A stretch of DNA of 63,614 nucleotides, filler included, from Bigelowiella natans CCMP2755 (GCA_000320545.1; 12 parts of 12 records of this genome joined end to end with filler, not necessarily neighbours in it); one strand, 5' to 3'; counted from the first letter of the whole stretch, positions 37,386 through 52,005 are shown. The notes: generated by a model from the letters alone, not told the origin. Numbers and translations: made by a program.

Positions 37386-38622
37386 CGTGTATTGGCCACA
37401 TACTAATGACTAGCTTTAGCTATCGGACTACATACATGCATGCTCACTGATAACATGCACGCATCTTGTCCGTTCCTGGAAATCGATGCTGTATGTCGTC
37501 CACGTGAAAATATGAACCCAACCATCACATAGCCAATCATAATTCCTCCACGTGTACCAACTAAATGCATGCACGTGACAATAGACATACGTATATATGA
37601 TATATATAATATATATAATATATACTGAGTCGTGTGCTGTACACATACATGGCGGATGCATATCCACTCATGTCAGACGGATGTAATAAACCAAATTAAA
37701 TTTTTGTTCAATATGGTCCTCCGCATTTACCAGCCATGCAAGCCGAATATAATTTGTTACCAATAACATGTACGTGCCACACATGAATAACCAACACAAC
37801 AACGAAAGAACTGATGGATGTGTCGGGTGCCATATGCGCACGCGCATGCATAGCAAGACTAGAAGAGCCTATAGGCTTTTGCTAGCTTGCCTGCACATAT
37901 TTGGATAATCGTAAGGCACGTACATTACATACGCTCAGATAACCGTCCTTAAGCATACAACATTGCGATGCGTCGTCACGCTTTAGCTGGACGTACGTGC
38001 TTATGCCAATTACAATTTTGCGCAAATATTTATCAATATGGTTAATATAGGCGACATGGTCTAGATGATGTCCGATGTGAATACGATGCACTAATAGTGA
38101 CACAGTATACATATGCTACATGCGACGTATATATCACTAGCTACCGATAATGTGTCTATTAGACAGAGCAGTGCGCGCGCACAAAGCATCGACAATCAGG
38201 TTCGGTATTTGAAGAAGCCGTTGAGCAGCATTACTAGATTACATCCGCCGCGTGCATGTTTTGCATTGTTCTCCTCAGCTCTTGGGGGAGATGTAATCGT
38301 TGCCATTAAAAATAGGTGCAGTAGATGCCATCGAGACGCGATATACCGATCTGGCTTGGGGGAGGACGGACGGCGCTTGATTGGATTTTGAGCTTAGAAG
38401 AGAGGCGAGGGGGGGCGGGAGAGGAGAAGGAGGATGGATGGGATAGTGTAGTTGTTGAGCACAGGAGAGCGCTCCTTGTGCTCTCCCTATTGTTTCTTCT
38501 TCTTCTGCTGCTGCTACTTTCTGTTTACGGAGAGGAGCACAGCCTTCCCCGCCGCCTTTACTTGAATTTGGAGAAATCTACTTCGGACCCGATCTGCCGC
38601 AGTGGAAGATAGTAGTAGTGTT

Positions 38623-38653
<31 letters not shown>

Positions 38654-38981
38654 TGTGGCCCAGCAGGACATTGTGAGGAGGAGAGAGGGGGGGAGGGTGA
38701 AGAACGAAGAACATGCCGCCTGACCACCATTGCAGGTGGTACCGACTTGCTCTCCTCCTCCTCCTCCTCCTCCTCCTCCTCCTCAGAATAGAGAAGCACA
38801 TGATATTACGCATTCACTGACCTGCTCTATGACTGCAGCAGCACTCTTCTTCAAAGAACCTATCNNNNNNNNNNNNNNNNNNNNNNNNNNNNNNNNNNNN
38901 NNNNNNNNTTAATTAATTAANNNNNNNNNNNNNNNNNNNNNNNNNNNNNNNNNNNNNNNNNNNNCGTCTATTACCATCACC

Positions 38982-39016
<35 letters not shown>

Positions 39017-39019
39017 CAG

Positions 39020-39639
39020 GGATACCAATGGCGTTGGGAACAAGATGACAACGAAGTCCGCGTCTATGTGCCAATCAATCCTTCGGTGAGGAGAAACGAG
39101 GGGCGGGCGGGGGGCATACTGTAGTACGTGTAGGGGTGCGGAGGGGGCAAAGGGAAGACAACACTGATAGCAAAATACACCGAGCCACACACATATCCTT
39201 CACGCCCCGTTTCTTTCTTTCTTATGGAGAAATAACCCAGCAAAACTGCCATAATTGCTAAGATCGGCGTCAGCGACGTGAAGTTTCGAATCTCGTCGCT
39301 CGGGCTGGCACTCGCGATAAAGGCAAGAAACACCCACAAAACAACAAGCAACATTGAGAATGAGAACAATAATAACAATAACAATGATATTAATAATGAT
39401 GATGATGATGATGATGATGATGATACTAATAGTAATAGCCTTATGCGGCACATGGAGAAGTAGATGTCATCTGTGAGGCGATGAAGGGGGGATGGAGAGC
39501 GCGGACGGCGGCATGATGAGCGCACATGGTGAGCGCACATGATGCTGCTGATGCTGCGATTTCATCATTACCGCAGGGAACCGAAGTATTTGAAGACATT
39601 GTGCTTGAGTACCCAGTCAAGGTGACGAGGATAATGACA

Positions 39640-39670
<31 letters not shown>

Positions 39671-40044
39671 GGACGGTAGTTTAAAGGGGAGGGAGGTTCA
39701 TTTCTCCTTCGATGCAGCTGAAGGAACGTTGTTTGTCGCGCACTGGCCGTGCTATATAGGCTGATGAATCGTACATGATGATCGCTCCTGACCCGGAGGC
39801 AGAAAGCGCCAATCCACGCTGTGTGGTAGTAGCACAGCAGATCTGCTTGCAAGCATTTAACACCTCATATCTTGTGTGTCGCTGTTCTATGAGGCTGCGG
39901 TAGCAGAGGAGGAGCAGTGTTAAGCCTCCTCCCTGATCATCTTCCCCCTCTCTGCGCGTCCTCTTGTTGGCCTCTCAGGTGATGGTGCTGATGAAGATGG
40001 ATAGGAAGGTGCAGTGGCAGAGCGGGCTGATGAAGGGTCAGTAG
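39020..40044 (+). CDS. CS-domain (p23/NudC-like) co-chaperone, 3' exons; 38325-38740 may encode a signal-peptide-like N-terminus
   Basis: GYQWRWEQDDNEVRVYVPINPS/IGVSDVKFRISSLGLALAIK/GTEVFEDIVLEYPVK/ADESY..CV/VMVLMKMDRKVQWQS: canonical CS-domain pattern. Confidence 0.8.
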
Positions 40045-40166
40045 TCAGAGAGAAAAAGGAGGATTATAATAGGACGGGGGTGGATATCGCTTGGCCTTTT
40101 TTTGTGCGTTGTCATCTTTCATCGGGATTTTGCCAAACTGTGTGTTTATAATACACGTGTACATGT

Positions 40167-40201
<35 letters not shown>

Positions 40202-40223
40202 GATAATAATCCTCTCTCATCAC

Positions 40224-40254
<31 letters not shown>

Positions 40255-40512
40255 NNNNNNNNNNNNNNNNNNNNNNNNNNNNNNNNNNNNNNNNNNNNTT
40301 AATTAATTAANNNNNNNNNNNNNNNNNNNNNNNNNNNNNNNNNNNNNNNNNNNNGGGGGGGGAGATGAGAGGAGGATATAGGTGTGGAAACTACACATAA
40401 GTGGAAGCAGCAGCAGCAGCAGCAGCGTGCGATGTCTGTCACGGTGGCTTTCAGTCTGATATGATGAGGCCAGCACTGATGAAAAGGCAAGGGCAAAGGT
40501 CTCTAATACTAC

Positions 40513-40953
40513 CCTCATCCCTGTGCTGCTGCGAGAGCCGCCCTGAATGAGCGTGGCGGGTGCGCCGAACTTCATCAGCTCCATCGTGTGGCCCGCAAAG
40601 CTTGCTACGCTTGCGTGCTCGCCCCTCGCCTGGTGCAGCCATGCGTCTCGCAGCCTCACGAGGGAGTCGCGCGACAGGCTAGTTGTGGGCCGTGTGCTGG
40701 TGAGAATGGCGGCGCCGGTGTGGACGACGGGTGCCCTCGCTGACTGCTGATTTGGCGCGGTTGCGCCGCAGCTGCGCTTGGCCGTCCCCTTCCCCTTTGC
40801 GGTGGTGGCGGTGGGTGCTTCGATGTGACCGCCTCTTCTTCGTGGCGCCGCAGCAGTAGCCGTTGGTGTCTTTGACCAGTCGGCGTTGGGGTTGCTGTTA
40901 GGATTCTGGATCGCTCTCGTATCTGCGAGTAAGGGGAGGAGCTTGCCCTCCAC
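40513..40953 (-). CDS. Ferritin-like domain exon (EHASVASF type), probably part of the SAM/EF-hand gene
   Basis: LRDAWLHQARGEHASVASFAGHTMELMKFGAPATLIQ, then AALAAAQDE after correcting G-run overcalls. Confidence 0.7.
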
Positions 40954-41039
40954 CTGATCGGTAGGAGGATGAGGAGGAGGAGGATGGGGGATGTGGAGGA
41001 GGGGGAGGAGGAGGGGAGGGCGATGGAGCATAATGAGGT

Positions 41040-41071
<32 letters not shown>

Positions 41072-41442
41072 GTAGTGGTGGTGGAGATAATGGGCCGCAA
41101 GACAACAGGAAGTGGTGGTGGTAAAGACAGACGATATCTAACGAAGGAGAAGTCATTCACATAGGAAGACGTTTGCCTATGGAATCAAGTCTCCTCCTCC
41201 TCCTCCTGCTGCTGTGCTGGTGCTGCTGCTACCGCTGCTACTACTACTACTACTATACTCTAGGACAATAGGTGCAGTAGAGAGTGGTGAGGAGATAGAA
41301 GGCACTCAGTGCGCAGTAATGGCGAAAGACAAAGGGAAAAGAAGGGTTATTCAAAGAGGAGGTAGGTAGTAGTGTAACTCGTCAGTAGATAAACATATGA
41401 TGAAGCGTTGTTATAATGATGGTGAGCTTCGGCCAGATATAT

Positions 41443-41482
<40 letters not shown>

Positions 41483-41500
41483 CGTGTGTGTGTGTATCAC

Positions 41501-42323
41501 CTTCGCACCGCATTCACGGCCCAGCCGCCGCTGGGGGAGGAGATATTCGCGATTAATGCACCGCACGGGGACAGGGATGTTGATGTTGGACAAATCCTAG
41601 TGAATAATAGAGCTCGTGGTAGTAAGCAACTGCTGTTTCGAGTATGATGGAAATCATAATGACCTCTCCCCTCCCCCTCCTCCCCCCCTTCCTCCTCTCC
41701 AAACTCTCTTCTGACTCTGCTACCACTGACGCTGACACTGGTATTCTTACCCCGAAAAAAGAAGACGATGATGGCGAGGGCTTGCTGGGGAGCAGCACAG
41801 GGTGCTCGGGCTGGTTTGACTGCAAATTCAGTTGCCGTTATAACCATTTACAACATCGCACAACACACACACACACACACACTCACTCACTCACTCACAC
41901 ACTCACACACACAGGGGTAGATTTTCATTTTTGTTGGTTGATTGATTGATTGGTTGGTTGGTTGGTTGGTTGACTGTGGAAGCCATACGAAGGTAAGCCT
42001 CGGCCTTGGTTTCTTAGTGATCTTCCGATTTGGCGGTCTGGCTATGGATGATGACGCACCGCCCTTCTCCATCGCCGTCTTAGCCGCCTGCAGCACGATT
42101 TTGTCCACCGCCTGGAAGATGAGCAGCACGGTGCCTCGGGAGAACTCGCGAGCGTCAATGTGCCCGTCCTTGTTCGTATCGACCATCCTGAACCTTGTGC
42201 GGCAAGCAATAGCGTATATATGGGGTGATGCTCGTTACAAGATCCTTACCAGCTCGGCATCAGTAATGTGAGGTGTGAGAAAGTTCTCAGCGGGATTGAT
42301 CAGCAGAGGGAGGGAGGGGGGGG

Positions 42324-42371
<48 letters not shown>

Positions 42372-43761
42372 AGGCGTTCTTCTGTGTGTCATGTTCCTCT
42401 CTCCTTCTTATCCTCTGGTATGTTTTTTACCACTCCTTGAATTTCTTGCTCTCCTTGGCCGCCTTCTTCACCTCGGGGTATAGTTTCTTCACAAAGTGTT
42501 TCTTCAAGTACTCCAAGCACTGACGACGATGCGATGATAATGATGATGATGATGATGATGATGATGAAAAGAATTATGCAGAGGGGGGGGGGGGGGGGGG
42601 GGGAGGAGGAGGGGAGGAGGAGATAGCAAGACGGGGACGGTTTAAAAGATTATGCGGGCTTTAGTGAAAACGGCGATTTTTGTGTGATCATATAGCAACA
42701 TACACCAACAAATATCGTCTGGATCCGAAGTTCTGCCTCTCTCTCTCTCTCATCCCCACTGCTTTCGTCATCATAAGCAGCGTAGCCTCACCTGTAGCAA
42801 CCAGCCGCGCTCCTCTGGGGTGATGAAGTACGGCGCGTTGTTCGACATGTACGTGATATATGGTACAAGCCATTCCTTGCTTGACCTAGCAATGATTTGG
42901 GATTCGTAAAACACAACGAGGCAGATTAAAGGAGAGGCAGGCATGGTCAATTTGCTTACATGAGGTTATCGTCGGGAGGGAAGGGGGGAGGGAGAGGATA
43001 TGGAAAATACAAACTCGAGTATAGAAGCGATGCCTTCAACAAATTCCCCCTCGTCCAGAACGAGGTCCCCATTCTTGTCGATGTTATGGAAGACGTTACG
43101 CATCTTGATGGCTGCGTCGCCTGCTCACACAACCCACCCCATGGCATTGTTGCGAAATTAGATAAATTATTTAAGCCTCGACATCCTGATAGAACAAGCT
43201 GAGCCACCACCGCCACCTCCTTTCATACCTGCATTCTCCATGAAGTCGATGAAGGCGGGTTTATCCTTCGCGTCGAGCGTCGTGAGGAAGGTTGCGAACG
43301 GTAGGATCGTGTCAACGAGCACGAGTTCATTCTGTGGAAGAATGATAAAAGATCAGAGCGCGTGCGCTTAATTATTACACGAAGGCGAATGGACGAAACG
43401 GATTAAAGGCCTGTCCCTCCCCTCCTCACCCATTTAGCTTTATGATTCTTCGCTGCACCTTCTCAGAAGCTTCCTCCTTTTTTTCTTGTTCCGCCTCCAT
43501 CCCATTTTTATGGAACAGGTATGCACGGATAAATCGAGCTCGATGACCCGGCTTGAGACCTAGGACCTATATAGCGATGCCAATTGCCGTCAGGCTCATA
43601 GGAGTTGCGAATTCAAACGACACTACCTTCGCTAAGATTTCGATCTCATTGAGATCGCATGAGAGTAGTCCTGATGCGCTCACACCTTCAAGCTTGGCTG
43701 CCTTCACGAATTCTCCAAGAGTAGGTATCTTCGGAGCGTTATCTCCTCCCTTAGAGCTCAT
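41501..43761 (-). CDS. SAM-domain plus two EF-hand protein
   Basis: PTLGEFVKAAKLEG..LNEIEILAK/VLGLKPGHRARFIRAY (SAM-like); FHNIDKNGDLVLDEGEF and FRMVDTNKDGHIDAREF (EF-hand loops); exon phases are consistent. Confidence 0.75.
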
Positions 43762-44164
43762 GTTCAAAGTTTTTTGCGGTGTTTGTTGAGTTGGCAAGTG
43801 CAATGGGGCACTGGTGTTGTCCACAATGGCAGTCGAATTAAAAAATCTTCGTACCGACCACTAGCAATGAAAAATGCTGGGCTCTTTTGTCCTGCGACAA
43901 CAATGTTTTCCAGATCTAGCTTTGCATTTTGTACTCGTACGCTCGTACGGGTGGCCTGTGATTGCTAGATTGAGAGGAGTTTTGAGTTTTGCCGCAAGTG
44001 TTAAATGCATTTGGTTTTGAACAAGTTTTTTTGGAGCTATCTCGGAACTCATGAGAAAACCGCCTGTATATTGATGGTGCGACATCCTGTGGGAAACCCC
44101 TAGTGAAATAATTGTCGCCCTCGGAACATCTTCCGTCAACCTCTCCGAGTTCTTCGCTTGAACA

Positions 44165-44322
44165 ATGGGGGTGGAGTGTTCCAAAAGTCAGGTTTCTGAA
44201 CTGGAGAATGTGGATGAGGAGGACCTGGATAGACACCTTTATAAAATTGACGCAGCTCTGGTAATCTTTTCTTGTTTTTCAGAATCATACAGAACCCCCC
44301 CCTCCCGTCGTTCACATACGTG

Positions 44323-44387
<65 letters not shown>

Positions 44388-45158
44388 TCGTACATATATT
44401 TTACAACACCATTCTTTGTCCGATTGGGGGAGGGATACAGAAATCTCAGAGAATCACCTCATATATAACTGTTTTCTTAAAGGGAGAAGAGGGAGACGTC
44501 CACGTGCACAATGACGAGAAGATGACACATATTATGAAGAAAACAACCCACAAGCATGCATCAGGATGCTGCGCACGGGTTGAACAACCAATTTTAAGAT
44601 CAATTGACACGACGCAATAAGTTATTCTGCTTCTGCTACATTTTCACAGGGTGGCAAAGCGGACCTTTATTCTACGAAGATTGTTATCTCTAAAAAAGAT
44701 GGTGAATTATTGTTTTTCTGGCCATTACTGCACATATCTTCACCTCAAAATCCCGACTGCACAATACAGGCAGTAAAGTAAAATACCTGGAGAAACGGTT
44801 TGCGCGACATGAAATGAGTGGAGCTCGACATCAGTCATGGGTGTGATCCGCAGTAGAGTCGCCCCAGCCTCTAAAAACCTTCTCCTTCTCAAGTTGATGT
44901 GGATGTTCTGATTGCATCTACCTCAGACTCGCTACAAGAAAGTGATTTCCAAGAACGGAAAATCTGAGAGATATAGAAAAATGGTAATTCTATTCGGAAG
45001 CTCGAAAAAATGTGAGATGGGAGAGTTCTGAATGGAGTTGTCGTCAGGGAGATAAAGAATGGTGGCCTGGAAATCTTCTTAACAGCGTCCATAACCAAAT
45101 TGAGCAAGATGAGATCGGTAAGACTGGAGGACGAAAATCCTCCTTGGATGAATATTAA
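44165..45158 (+). CDS. Small hypothetical protein with an N-terminal MGxxCS acylation-type motif
   Basis: Six phase-consistent exons from MGVECSKSQ to GRKSSLDEY*; divergent from the SAM/EF-hand gene. Confidence 0.55.
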
Positions 45159-45970
45159 CTGACTGTCTAGTATTCACTACCTCACTTTTAAAAAACAAGC
45201 GTCAGAAGTAGGAAGTCATCTATCATAGGCCGCATCGTTGTGATGAAGAAACTGTCTTTTTAAGGGCACAAATCACAAACACGCCCCAATCTATTCCTTA
45301 TTGCCATTACTTTGACTAACGTAGCAGTGTGCTAGTTGATGATGCTCGAATTTATGTCTTTATGTGTATACTACGCTATACGAACGACATGCGATGGCTC
45401 ATGCATGTCATCACGCATTTTTGTGCTGTGGCAAGTGCTTGTGATTATGCCATCATAAGAGTAACAATAATGAGCACCTTGTGCAGCAATAATAATAATA
45501 ATAGTAATAATAATAATAGGCTATGGACAATAAGCATCCATACATAAGAATCTTTGTGCATGCCGCATGCACTTATGTATATATGCACATGTATCACGCA
45601 ATTGTATACCTCACACTAGAGAATAATTGCATTTATATTCGGCAGATGCTGCAACCGGCACTATACATAATGTATCTTCACAAGTCTATGGAACACTGCA
45701 GGCTGTGCATGCTAGCATGTAGCACATAGTAATGACGTTTTGTTGGCCAGCAGCAGAAAGCTGGCGGGCGCGCCGTAACACCACATTACGGGTAGGCATT
45801 TTCTTGAGCATACCAATGCCAAATTTGATATCATTAGTCGGCGTGTGTGTGCGTAAATAACGTGATGACGAAACGTGCTTACTACGCAACACACCAGTAT
45901 CTACATTCAAATAGATTCTCTTTAGTTACGGTCGCGCAACTTGAGAACGTACCGATCTACTCGGCGCTGG

Positions 45971-46147
45971 CTAGCGATTTCTCAACAACACGCGCTCAAC
46001 CTGAAGAGTTGCATACAGCGTAAATTAGTCACAAGCACGACGACGGTTTCCCTCCGTGCGATGTGCGAGTTCGCTGGCCATGCATGTGTAACTAAAACGG
46101 AGAAATAGACGACACAACTACGTTCCAAGACATTCTTACACAAACAG

Positions 46148-46193
<46 letters not shown>

Positions 46194-46500
46194 AAAAAAA
46201 TAGATAGAAATGGTAGGAAACGGAGGCTCGCAGGCTTCAAATGTGTTAGTGAGACTGAGTTATTTGCTTACTAAGGCAATGAGAGCGGAACGTGCGGTGC
46301 ATTCTGGCATCTCACACGCGGCGGCGACAGCACTCTCCGCAAAGGATGTTGCCAACGTGCGAGTCTCACCTGATTCGGTTAAGAGCCCGCATGTAAACGA
46401 TATCGTCAAGGTACATCGTCGACGAGTTGATAAATTGGGGGAGAGGGAAGCAAATAGAGTCCGTAAATGGAGAGATATTTTTAATCAGGGAGAGAGAGTC

Positions 46501-46557
<57 letters not shown>

Positions 46558-47086
46558 AAGAAGAGGGAGAGTGAGAGAAGAGGGAGAGTGAGAGAAGGCC
46601 AATTCCTACCGAGGGCGCCAGACTTCTCCACATAGTGAAGGGCAAGCTGCACATCACCGACTGGAACACGAAAATGTGAGTGCATGATTGATAAACAACA
46701 AATATAGCTCATGGAGCAAGAGAAGTAAAATTTGTCGTGGGAAGAGAAGAAACTAGGCGATTTCTTGCAAGAGGCTCAAATTGTGTTCATTCATTGGACC
46801 AAGATCCCAATCGTTGTGGAGGTGGTGTGCGAGATCCCACCGTCCTCCTCCTCGCCATCATCATCATCATCAGCACCAGCTTCTTCTCTCACATCGCTGG
46901 CTCTCGCTGAGGACGGCGTAAAGATTGAATGCTTTGTTGTTACCTTGGCTAAATTTCCGATCGATGAGCGGCTGCACCTCTGGAAAGTTTTGCGCGGCAT
47001 ATAACACAGGCGCAGTGGCGAGTCCCTACCGAAGAAAAACGATTTGACACGTGAGCGAGAATTCAAGGTACGAGCGTGCGCGTGTG

Positions 47087-47123
<37 letters not shown>

Positions 47124-50052
47124 ATGCGTTTTAGAACAGTCATGGTGGATTTGTGGAAAAATACGAATTCCATAACCGACCGCATTGATATCAGCAAGAG
47201 TGGGTTTGCCGAGCGCGTCGCTTGTGCTCTGAGACGATTATTGTATCAGCCCATCGTCGTCTTATTCCCCACTCTTTCTCTCTCTCTTTCTCTCTCTCTC
47301 CTTAGACGCACAATGGCTATTATTCGGGGCGCTCAGAGAGAAACAGCAGCTCCAGCATCAGTATCAACGAATTCGTTCAATCTACCTCGAAATCTAGCAG
47401 ATCGTCAACGACTTGAAACGCGAGACCCAGATTTTTCCCATATCTATTCGGGAAAAAGGGGTAAACATCTTGAGATTCTTCCTCTCCTCCCCCCTCCCCC
47501 CTCTCCTTTTCCGTAAGCGCACACACGCGCTTTATGTCAAGATTCTCGATTGTACAAAGGAAAGCGTTGGTATTACTCATATGCAAGTTCTTGGACACGA
47601 TCCTCATGCCCTGCGAAGATGAGAAAGAGGACGATGAGGAGGAAGGGATGATGATGTGCTTCTTAAGAAAAAAAACGAATTGAGAAACGAGAACATGGAA
47701 GATTGTGCCTCGATAGCCTCATCGCTCATTCCATGAATCACTGTGAAGCATTAATCGTGCCAAAATTTCAAAAGTTCTCTCTCCTCGCGACGATCGTCAC
47801 CTCCGAGAATGGCAGCCGATTTGCAGGAGTTGGCCATAAGAGAAGCTAAGGAGGAGGAGGAGGAGGAGGAGGAGGAGGAGGAGGCAGAGGCATGATTAGC
47901 GGGAAAGTCACAAGCTCTATCGTGGCTTGCGATGCTGATAGGATAGTGGCGACGACAACGATGACAACGACGATGGTGATGATGATGATGCTGCTGATGC
48001 GCCCTGTCACATTTTTGGACAGATACTGCTAAAGATCAACGAATACTTTCTCCCCCCCCACCCCCCCCTCTCTCTCTCTCTCTGTTACCTGTCTTGTAAT
48101 AGCTCTTCGTAATATAGTTCGATATCCCATTTCCCGGCTCAGCCTGCAGCGGTTACCGGTGTGAATTAAGGCGATGAAGACGCATGTTGCGGAAGGAACG
48201 AGGAGAAGAAGATGGAGACGAGGAATAAAGGTAGATAGGAAGGCCGGGAGGACGACAACACGTATTCAGTACACGGCACCTTATGAATCTGCATCAGCTC
48301 TCCTTTGACGAGATGCTGAAGGAAGGAGAGGGAGGTCGGAGTGGAAAAGGATCAGGGAGGGTGATAAGAAAGATGCACGAGTCAAAAGAAGTAGTTAATT
48401 TGGGAACTCCTCGTAACTTCTTCCATGCTACGACTACCACTCTAACCAACTGCTGCTGCTAGCGTTAGTGGGGTTTCCTGACTTCAATGATCGTGCTCAT
48501 AAGCTCGATGACCACAGGATCCTTCAGCCGCGCAAGCGTTAACGATGCCCTGAGGTGAAGGTAGGGTTCGTCTCACCGAAGAAGGAAATGAATAGCAGAA
48601 AGGCACTCCCTCCCGCGCGCTCTCTCTCTCTCTCTCCCTCCGTTGGGCCCCCTGAATGTGTACATGTCCTCGTTATTCTATTCACCTGGCCAGCAAGAAG
48701 TCGCCTCCCAGCACGGCCATCTTGTTGCCGAACATTTTGTTGATAGTTTTGAGGCCTGCGATCATGATGATGATGACGATGATGATGACGACGACGATGC
48801 TATGATTGGTGGTGGTGGTGGTGGGGGTGGTGGTTGTGATCATGACCATAGGATCGTGCGCGTTAGGAGAAAGGTAATGAGGTATATTATCAATACTCAA
48901 AAGGACCTCTTCTGGTATCGCTCTTGTCGATGACGTCATCGTGAAGCAACGAGGCCGTGTGGATCATTTCAGATATCTGATTATTCACGACACCAACCCC
49001 CAGCAGCACACATATCAACATCCCTCTTACATCCTCACCGTGGACCCTCTCGACTCCAACGATTATTATATATGCATCAGCACAATCACCACCTGTGCGA
49101 TCCTTCCCTGCTCCTCACTTGGCAGCTCCCCGCCATGCAGGCTCTGTATTTTTTGTATAATTCGTTACATATATCGTGAAAACACAGTTCACGCCCCCCC
49201 CACTCTCCCCAAGGATATTAAGTCTCCCCCCTTTCTTTCCTCTCTTCTTAATATGTGCTAAAAAAAACAAAAATGAATTCTTCTCGCAACCCACCTCCGC
49301 GACGAGCAAAACTATTGCCGGTCGGACACGCTTACCCGCCTTCAATTTAAATCAATGGTGAGAATGAGTTGATGAATCATAGATCGGTGCAATCGTTATC
49401 TTCGTTCTGTCATCGCCTTGTATGCATTGGTGTATGTTCAAAGAGAGGGGGGTTATTCGAAGCATCATTATTCATTTTCGCAAATAAAGAAACTTCCGCT
49501 TACAGCCTCGATGAAGTAGCTCGCAACGGTATTTAACACCTTTAGGGCAAAAGCGAGAAGGGATTTCGAGTAAAGTCAGAATGCGGTGGTGTTGGTGGTG
49601 GTTGGTGGTGGTCCACGATGCACGGAATGTTGATTTGAGAACAAATAGCGCAGCAGCAGAACAGAAAAGCCCTCGCATAGCTTTAACACAACCACTACAA
49701 CAACAACTAATAATAATCATAGTACTTTGTGATCCGATCCTACAATATCCTTGATGCATTCAGTCACGCCTTGAAGATCGTTCTGCATCATCAAAATTTA
49801 ACCGTGACAGTGAAGAGGTCGCCACAAGCGCAATTTCTGCCGCCGCGGTCGTCGTACTCGTCATCCCACCACTCTCCAAACCCATCCCTTTGTTGAACCC
49901 TTTGTTGAACGCGACTAAGCACGCTTGGATGAATAGAGCGAATGGGGGAGGGGAGGCTGAGTGCGTCTGTAATGGGTCTATCTTCTAAGATACCTGTACG
50001 TGCACAAAGGGGTCTACGTGGCGGTGGCTATCAAATAGTTTCGTTATGGATC
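45971..50052 (-). CDS. Solanesyl/trans-polyprenyl diphosphate synthase; N-terminal targeting exons probably extend beyond 50052
   Basis: VDPF, AGKRVRPAIVLL, EMIHTASLLHDDVID..TRRG (first Asp-rich motif), GNKMAVLGGDFLLAR, YYKT/ASL, YGKNLGLAFQVVDDLLDF (second motif), GLATAPVLYA and VERVLLRNR*. Confidence 0.93.
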
Positions 50053-52005
50053 CTACAGAGCAATTAGGGAAGGAACGGTTTGTTAGAGCTCATCTCTTCA
50101 CTCTCTCCTCTGGTAGCAACGGAGTCAAAAGAAATCTCAAAGGGGGAAGAGCAAAGCAGGAATGGGTGCCCACACACCCTGCCACATCGCCCGCACTTGC
50201 GCTCACAATTAGGGTGGTAGTACCGTATTTCTCATGGTCGAATTTGAATTGGCATTCCGGAACACCATTGCTGTTGTGGTCGAACAAATCCCACTCAGTG
50301 TTAAAGGAACCTGGCACAACAAAGGACATGCGGTGGTGCTCGTGTTCATTACGTGTAGTAGTCGTCGGATTCCAGCAGCCCGTTGCGCGCGTATTTCATC
50401 CCCAGATTCACGGCTGCCTTTGTCATCCCCTCCATCTAATACACAAATTACCTCGGTAAATACCTCATGTCGGAACAACACACTATTATCCGTATCGCAA
50501 TTCCTAAATTTGAGCACGGGACGAGCTTTACTGTATTATGTGCAACAGGAGAACTCACGTGGCTGTGTATCAGACGGCGCTGCGCCCGAAGCACGCCGCA
50601 CCCCTAGGATAATTACCAAACGATATGATTGTGATTATAGGCAAAGTGTCACCAAAAAATAGTAGGGTAACGTATTTTCTCATGCCAGAAAAGGTTCATA
50701 TGAAATCCAGCTGGTTTTGGTGACTACATTGCATGCAAGTGGGGGCGACACTTCATGTATGCCATTGCGAATAACGTAATAATCACACGGTAACACAATA
50801 TTTACTGCTGTAAGTCGACTGAAAAACAAAAGCGGTGCCAGCCAATGAAGCATCGGTCGGGTAAAAATTATCGATTGTCACATCGCTCCCACCTTTGGGA
50901 TGAGTTGCATGAGGGCTCGGGTCCTGAACATGATTCTTTCGCCTTCAGATGTTTTGTCCTATCGGATCACGGTCGTGGGTTCGCACCTTCTCCTCTAGCC
51001 CCTCCTAATCTTCGATTTTGCTTCCTGAATCGAGTCGTTCTGAGTTCTGTCAGGGGGGCCCGGCTGGATAGGTTTGGCCACACAGACGAAAATGGATGAA
51101 CTGGAATTGTGTGAAGGAATTAATGACCTTTAATTTATCTATGCGACAACTAAATGTTTAAGACGTCTGAGATTCTACCAATGCGTTTAGGGCAACGTCT
51201 GCATGACCTCAGTTCTGAGAGATCCTCCGTCATCCGTGTCCGTGGAATATTGTACGAGAGTCGCACACAAAATAGGTCCTGAATTCAAAATGTGCGTCGT
51301 TGTTAAATTGGATGGCGTACCAATTAATTTGCCATGCCTTGCTTCAACATGCAAGCCGGATGCTACTGGTGATCGGAAAAGAATATGTCGTCATGCCGAA
51401 ATGCACAATAAAGCTCTTGGTGTTACGCTCTTCCTGATAGTCGTTGGTTAAAATAGACGTCCACGTGAAATGCCGCTTTGTTAGTTCGTGCTGAACAATG
51501 TAGATCGGCTAAGACGCACGAAAGGTGCTTCTACACGATGGCTTTGACACGTAAGAATCCGATATACTACTACGTCTCGATTTCTTAGATGTCGTCACAA
51601 AGAAACACAATCATCGGGTATCGACGAGAAGCAAGGCCGAGGAAATGTTAGTCGGAAAGAGAAGCGTGGCCAACAGCAGTCTCAAAGAGATCGATCGTAG
51701 ATCTACTTTATTCCTTGGAAGTTCCGGGAATCATGAGCTGGGTTTTGATTGGAGCGACAAGCAATGCTACCATATCCAAGATTCTTTGACGTATTGATAA
51801 TTTTCTGGTCGATCCTCGAGTGCGACAACATATATGCCCCTCCCCCCCGAGTGAGCTCTCAAAAGTCATTGGCCACTAAAAAGACTTCACTTCCAGATTC
51901 CCGTCACAGCAAAATAAGTTTGGTGTATTCAGAGAAAAGTGGGAGAGGACTTCATGCGATTCTGCTGAGGAGGGGAGACAAGGCGGAGGAAATCTCAGTA
52001 TGCAG

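Noticed and set aside
40510-40545. Apparent frameshifts in the ferritin-like exon
   Set aside because: Each is one extra G in a short G run close to a contig end; homopolymer sequencing error is more likely than recoding or pseudogenisation.
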